Below, one piece after another: positions 60,888 through 64,000 of a stretch of 64,000 bases of DNA; positions within the stretch are counted from its first letter, which is position 1; the number at the start of each line of letters is the position of its first letter. Both the position numbers and the translations under genes were made by a program. Source of the stretch: Candidatus Dormibacteria bacterium (GTDB lineage: Bacteria > Chloroflexota > Dormibacteria > Aeolococcales > Aeolococcaceae); contig JBEKOU010000005.1 in assembly GCA_049521435.1 (NCBI GenBank), positions 6,012 to 70,011 of the forward strand, read 5' to 3'. The notes beneath the pieces are model-generated. The model did not search any database. It worked only from the letters and a program-made list of their open reading frames with translations, and was not told the origin of the DNA.

Positions 60888-62489
60888 GTGACCGCGACGG
60901 GGGTCGCCGTCGAGCCTGCCGCCGCCGTCGACCCCATGGTCCGGGCACGCCGGCGTCTGCCTCCCCTCTTTCTGCTCGGGGCGAGCGGCGCGGTCGCCAT
61001 CGCGCTGCTCATCCCGCTCGTCTTCCTGCTCATCGAGGCGAGCGGTTCCGGGGTCGGCACCATCGCGCACCTGATCTGGCGCCCGCTGACCGCCACCCTG
61101 CTGTGGAACACCGTCCGGCTCACGGTGGTGGTGACCGCGCTCTGCGCCGTGATCGGTACCCTCACCGCCTGGCTGGTGGAGTGCACCGATCTCCCCGGGC
61201 GCCGCATCTGGGCGGTGCTCCTGGTCATCCCCTTCGCCATCCCCGACTTCGTGGTCAGCTTCGGGTGGGCGTCGATCTCGACCTGGGTGCAGGGGTTCCA
61301 GGGTGCGGTTCTGGTCATGACCCTGGCGGTCTATCCGCTGGTCTACCTCCCGGTGGCCGCCAGCCTGCGCGGCGCGGACCCGGGGCTGGAGGACGCCGCC
61401 CGCAGCCTCGGGCTGGGCCGGGTCCGCACCTTCCTGCGGGTGACCATCGGGCAGGCGCGGGGCGCCATCCTCGGCGGCTGCGTCCTGGTCGCGCTGGTCA
61501 TCCTGGCCGAGTACGGCGCCTTCGAGATCCTCGGCTACCAGACCTTCACCACCGAGATCTTCACCGAGTTCCAGATCTCCTTCAACGTGTCCACCGCCTG
61601 CGCCCTCTCGCTGGTGCTGGTGGTGCTCGGATGCGTGATCCTCGGTGCTGAGCCGGTCGGCCGGGGCAGGGGCCGGGCGGTGCGCACCGGCGCGCAGGCC
61701 CAGCGAGCCCTCCGCCGGCACCGGCTGGGACGGGCCACGCTCCCGGTCCACGCCGCGCTCGGCGTCCTGGTCGTCCTCGCCCTCGGCGTGCCGGTCGGCG
61801 CCAGCGCGTACTGGATGTTCGCCGGCGGGGTCCCCTTCCTCACCGGGGTCTCCCTCCTCGAAGCCGGCTGGCACACCGCCCTCTACAGCGGTCTGGCCGC
61901 GGCTCTCGCCACCGTGCTGGCCCTGCCCGTGGCCCTGCTGGCGGTCCGCCACTCCGGTCGCGGCGGGCGGTTGCTCGAGCGGAGCACGTACCTTGTGCTG
62001 GCCATGCCCGGCATCGTCATCGCCCTCGCCATCAGCTACTTCGCTGAGCGCTACGCCGGAGGCTTCGGATACCAGAGCGCGATGCTGCTGATCGCCGCCT
62101 ACGCGATCCTCTTCTTCCCGCTGGCCCTGGTCGGGGTCCGGGCATCCGTGTCACATGCTCCGGTGGCCCTCGAGGAGGCCGCCCGCTCCCTTGGCCGGCG
62201 TCCCGACGAGGTCTTCCTGCGGGTGACCCTTCCCCTCATCGGCCCGGGGCTCGCCGCGGCCTTCTGCCTCGTCTTCCTCGCCTGCGCCACCGAGCTGACC
62301 GCCACCCTCGTCCTGGTGCCGACCGGCGTCCAGACCCTTGCCACCCAGTTCTGGGCCTACCAGCAGAACCTCTCCTACGGCCAGGCCGCGCCCTTCGCGC
62401 TGGTCATCATCGCCATCGCAGCCGTGCCCAGCTACGTCCTCGCCCGCTTCTTCGACCGCCTGCCCAGCCGGGCCGGCATCGCCTCGTGA
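60888..62489 (+). CDS. Fe(III) ABC transporter permease (duplicated 2 x 6 TM, FbpB-like)
   Basis: 533 aa with two EAA-like loops (DAARSLGLGRVRTFLRVTI and EAARSLGRRPDEVFLRVTL). Confidence 0.85.
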   Translation: MTATGVAVEPAAAVDPMVRARRRLPPLFLLGASGAVAIALLIPLVFLLIEASGSGVGTIAHLIWRPLTATLLWNTVRLTVVVTALCAVIGTLTAWLVECTDLPGRRIWAVLLVIPFAIPDFVVSFGWASISTWVQGFQGAVLVMTLAVYPLVYLPVAASLRGADPGLEDAARSLGLGRVRTFLRVTIGQARGAILGGCVLVALVILAEYGAFEILGYQTFTTEIFTEFQISFNVSTACALSLVLVVLGCVILGAEPVGRGRGRAVRTGAQAQRALRRHRLGRATLPVHAALGVLVVLALGVPVGASAYWMFAGGVPFLTGVSLLEAGWHTALYSGLAAALATVLALPVALLAVRHSGRGGRLLERSTYLVLAMPGIVIALAISYFAERYAGGFGYQSAMLLIAAYAILFFPLALVGVRASVSHAPVALEEAARSLGRRPDEVFLRVTLPLIGPGLAAAFCLVFLACATELTATLVLVPTGVQTLATQFWAYQQNLSYGQAAPFALVIIAIAAVPSYVLARFFDRLPSRAGIAS

Positions 62490-63691
62490 TGCCCGAGCCC
62501 GACGCCCCCACGGGCACCGACCGCTTGGCGTTCTCCGAGGCGTCCACTGGCGGCGCGTCCACGGCGGAGCCGGCACCCCTCGTCGCCACCCAGGGCCTGA
62601 CGACCATCGACCTTCACAAGGCCTTCGGAGATCACGCCGTCCTCCGGGGTGTCGACCTCACCGTCCCGGACGGCGCCTTCGCCGCGGTGCTCGGGGCCTC
62701 CGGCAGTGGTAAGACGACGCTCCTTCGCATCCTCGCCGGCTTCGAACGGCCCGACCGAGGGGTGGTGGCGGTGGGTGGCGCGATCCTGGACGACGACCAC
62801 CACCACCTCCGCGCCGAGCGTCGCCGCATCGGCTACGTCTCCCAGGAGGGGAGCCTCTTCCCCCACCTGACGGTCGAGGGCAATGTCGGTTTTGGACTTC
62901 GGGTTCGCGAGGGCCGGGAGGCGGCGGTCACCGAGCTGCTCGAGCGCGTGGGGCTCTCCGGCCTCGAGCGCCGCTACCCGCACGAGCTCTCCGGCGGCCA
63001 GCAGCAGCGGGTGGCGCTGGCTCGCGCGCTCGCCGTCCGGCCCCGGATCGTGCTGCTCGACGAGCCCTTCGCTTCCCTGGACGCCGGGCTGCGGGCGTCG
63101 GTGCGGGCCGACGTCCGCGCCGCCGTGCAGCGCTCCGGCGCCACCGCCGTGCTGGTCACCCACGACCAGGAGGAGGCGCTCTCGCTCGCCGACGTGGTGG
63201 CGGTGATCCGGGACGGCGCCATCGCCCAGGTCGCCAGCCCCCGCGACCTTTACGAGTCCCCCGTCGACCCCGATCTGGCCCGCTTCGTGGGTGAGGCCAA
63301 CCTCGTCGAGGGCACCTCGTACGGCTCGACCGCGGAGACACCCCTCGGCTGGCTGGAGCTCCGCGACGGGCATCGGCCCGCCCGCCAGCAGGTCGTCGTG
63401 CTGGTGCGACCCGAGCAGCTCCGGGTCACCCCTTCCGAGGGGGGAGGCCCCGGCGTCGCCGCCCGGGTGGTCGAGACCGGCTTCCATGGCCACGACTCCC
63501 TGGTCAGCCTGGTCACAGAGGATGCGGCCGCCTCTCCGATGGTCGCCAGGGTGGTGGGCGGCATGCGCCTCGAGGCCGGTGCGCAGGTCACCATCAAGGT
63601 CGCTGGAAAGGTCCATTGCTGGCCACGGCCGCCGGCTGGCGAAGCCGCGCCGGGGGCGCCCGCGGCCGAGCCGGAGGGTGAGCCGGGCTGA
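62486..63691 (+). CDS. Fe(III) ABC transporter ATP-binding protein (FbpC-like)
   Basis: GASGSGKTT Walker A, LSGGQQQRVALARAL, VLLDEPF, plus a C-terminal TOBE-like domain. The start overlaps the permease stop. Confidence 0.9.
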   Translation: MMPEPDAPTGTDRLAFSEASTGGASTAEPAPLVATQGLTTIDLHKAFGDHAVLRGVDLTVPDGAFAAVLGASGSGKTTLLRILAGFERPDRGVVAVGGAILDDDHHHLRAERRRIGYVSQEGSLFPHLTVEGNVGFGLRVREGREAAVTELLERVGLSGLERRYPHELSGGQQQRVALARALAVRPRIVLLDEPFASLDAGLRASVRADVRAAVQRSGATAVLVTHDQEEALSLADVVAVIRDGAIAQVASPRDLYESPVDPDLARFVGEANLVEGTSYGSTAETPLGWLELRDGHRPARQQVVVLVRPEQLRVTPSEGGGPGVAARVVETGFHGHDSLVSLVTEDAAASPMVARVVGGMRLEAGAQVTIKVAGKVHCWPRPPAGEAAPGAPAAEPEGEPG

Positions 63692-63784
63692 GCCATGGGT
63701 CGTCCGGGGAAGTCGGACGGACCGTTCGTCGCCGGATCGGGATCGTCCGGCCCGGCTCACGCTTCCCCGCCCGGTGCCCGCCAG

Positions 63785-63814
63785 TTGCGGTCCTGGCACT
63801 CGATTCGCTAGAGT
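63785..63814 (+). promoter_or_regulatory. Candidate groES promoter TTGCGG-18 nt-TAGAGT
   Basis: It lies immediately upstream of the CIRCE element, the usual arrangement for HrcA-controlled promoters. Confidence 0.45.
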
Positions 63815-63815
63815 G

Positions 63816-63842
63816 TTAGCAGTCACCCGTCCCGAGTGCTAA
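63816..63842. promoter_or_regulatory. CIRCE (HrcA operator) TTAGCAGTC-N9-GAGTGCTAA
   Basis: One mismatch to the consensus TTAGCACTC-N9-GAGTGCTAA. It is located between the promoter and the groES SD GTGGAGG. Confidence 0.85.
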
Positions 63843-63858
63843 AAGTGGAGGTCGCACC

Positions 63859-64000
63859 GTGGCCTTGAAGCTCCGCCCCCTGGCTGATCGCGTCGTCATC
63901 AAACCCGTCGAGCGTGAGGAAGTGACCAAGAGCGGCATCGTCCTCCCCGACACCGCCAAGGAGAAGCCCCAGGAGGGGATCATCGAGGCGGTCGGCAGCG
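63859..64000 (+). CDS. groES: Co-chaperonin GroES (N-terminal 47 aa; 3' end cut by window)
   Basis: GTG start after [40 protein letters not shown] is the canonical GroES N-terminus. Confidence 0.93.
   Translation, partial: MALKLRPLADRVVIKPVEREEVTKSGIVLPDTAKEKPQEGIIEAVGS

Noticed and set aside
63794-63808. Sigma-54-like TGGCAC-N5-TCGC upstream of groES
   Set aside because: The -12 element is mismatched (TCGC instead of TTGC). The region is better explained by a TTGCGG-18-TAGAGT housekeeping promoter followed by CIRCE. No enhancer-binding protein is nearby.

Overview
This is a high-GC (roughly 70%), densely packed bacterial chromosomal segment with about 61 protein genes, almost all housekeeping. 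I found no rRNA, tRNA, transposase, integrase, CRISPR array or recognisable defence gene. Two syntenic blocks dominate. Block 1 runs rpmE, DUF1385, prfA, (AKR, PadR module, MFS), prmC, tsaC, glyA, wecA, atpZ-I-B-E-F-H-A-G-D-C, (convergent genes fhs, BI-1, fbaB), murA, mreB-like. Block 2 runs argF, cdaA, cdaR, glmS, acpS::nnrD fusion, alr, (antisense CHAP hydrolase), thiL, tsaE, tsaB, rimI, tsaD, DtxR-family regulator, Fe(III) ABC importer, groES. The order is Actinomycetota-like (prfA-prmC-sua5-wecA-atp; glmS...alr-tsaEBD-groES). It also has Firmicute-like traits (cdaA-cdaR, thiL-tsaE, an MreB paralog after murA), so a deep-branching high-GC monoderm lineage is plausible, but I cannot name the organism. 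Clear regulatory sites are a CIRCE element before groES, a perfectly palindromic DtxR/IdeR-type iron box before the iron importer, and several -10-like hexamers placed so that the downstream genes look leaderless. I did not find a convincing self-contained novel system. The best follow-up candidates are: (a) the translationally coupled membrane esterase plus flippase-less MprF-type aminoacyl-lipid synthase pair; (b) an ATP synthase beta subunit with an ~84-aa charged disordered C-terminal tail; (c) an AcpS::NAD(P)HX-dehydratase fusion; (d) a (M/L)PPGF-repeat protein and its RHH-like neighbour with twin leaderless promoters; (e) several enzyme folds with substituted catalytic or ligand residues (HtrA-like, MBL-like, MreB-like, DtxR-like, OTCase motif variant); (f) a PcsB-like CHAP hydrolase inserted antisense into the alr-tsaE block. 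All homology calls come from motif recognition by eye, with no database search run. Many long ORFs in the supplied track are antisense or out-of-frame shadows typical of high-GC DNA, and I rejected them.
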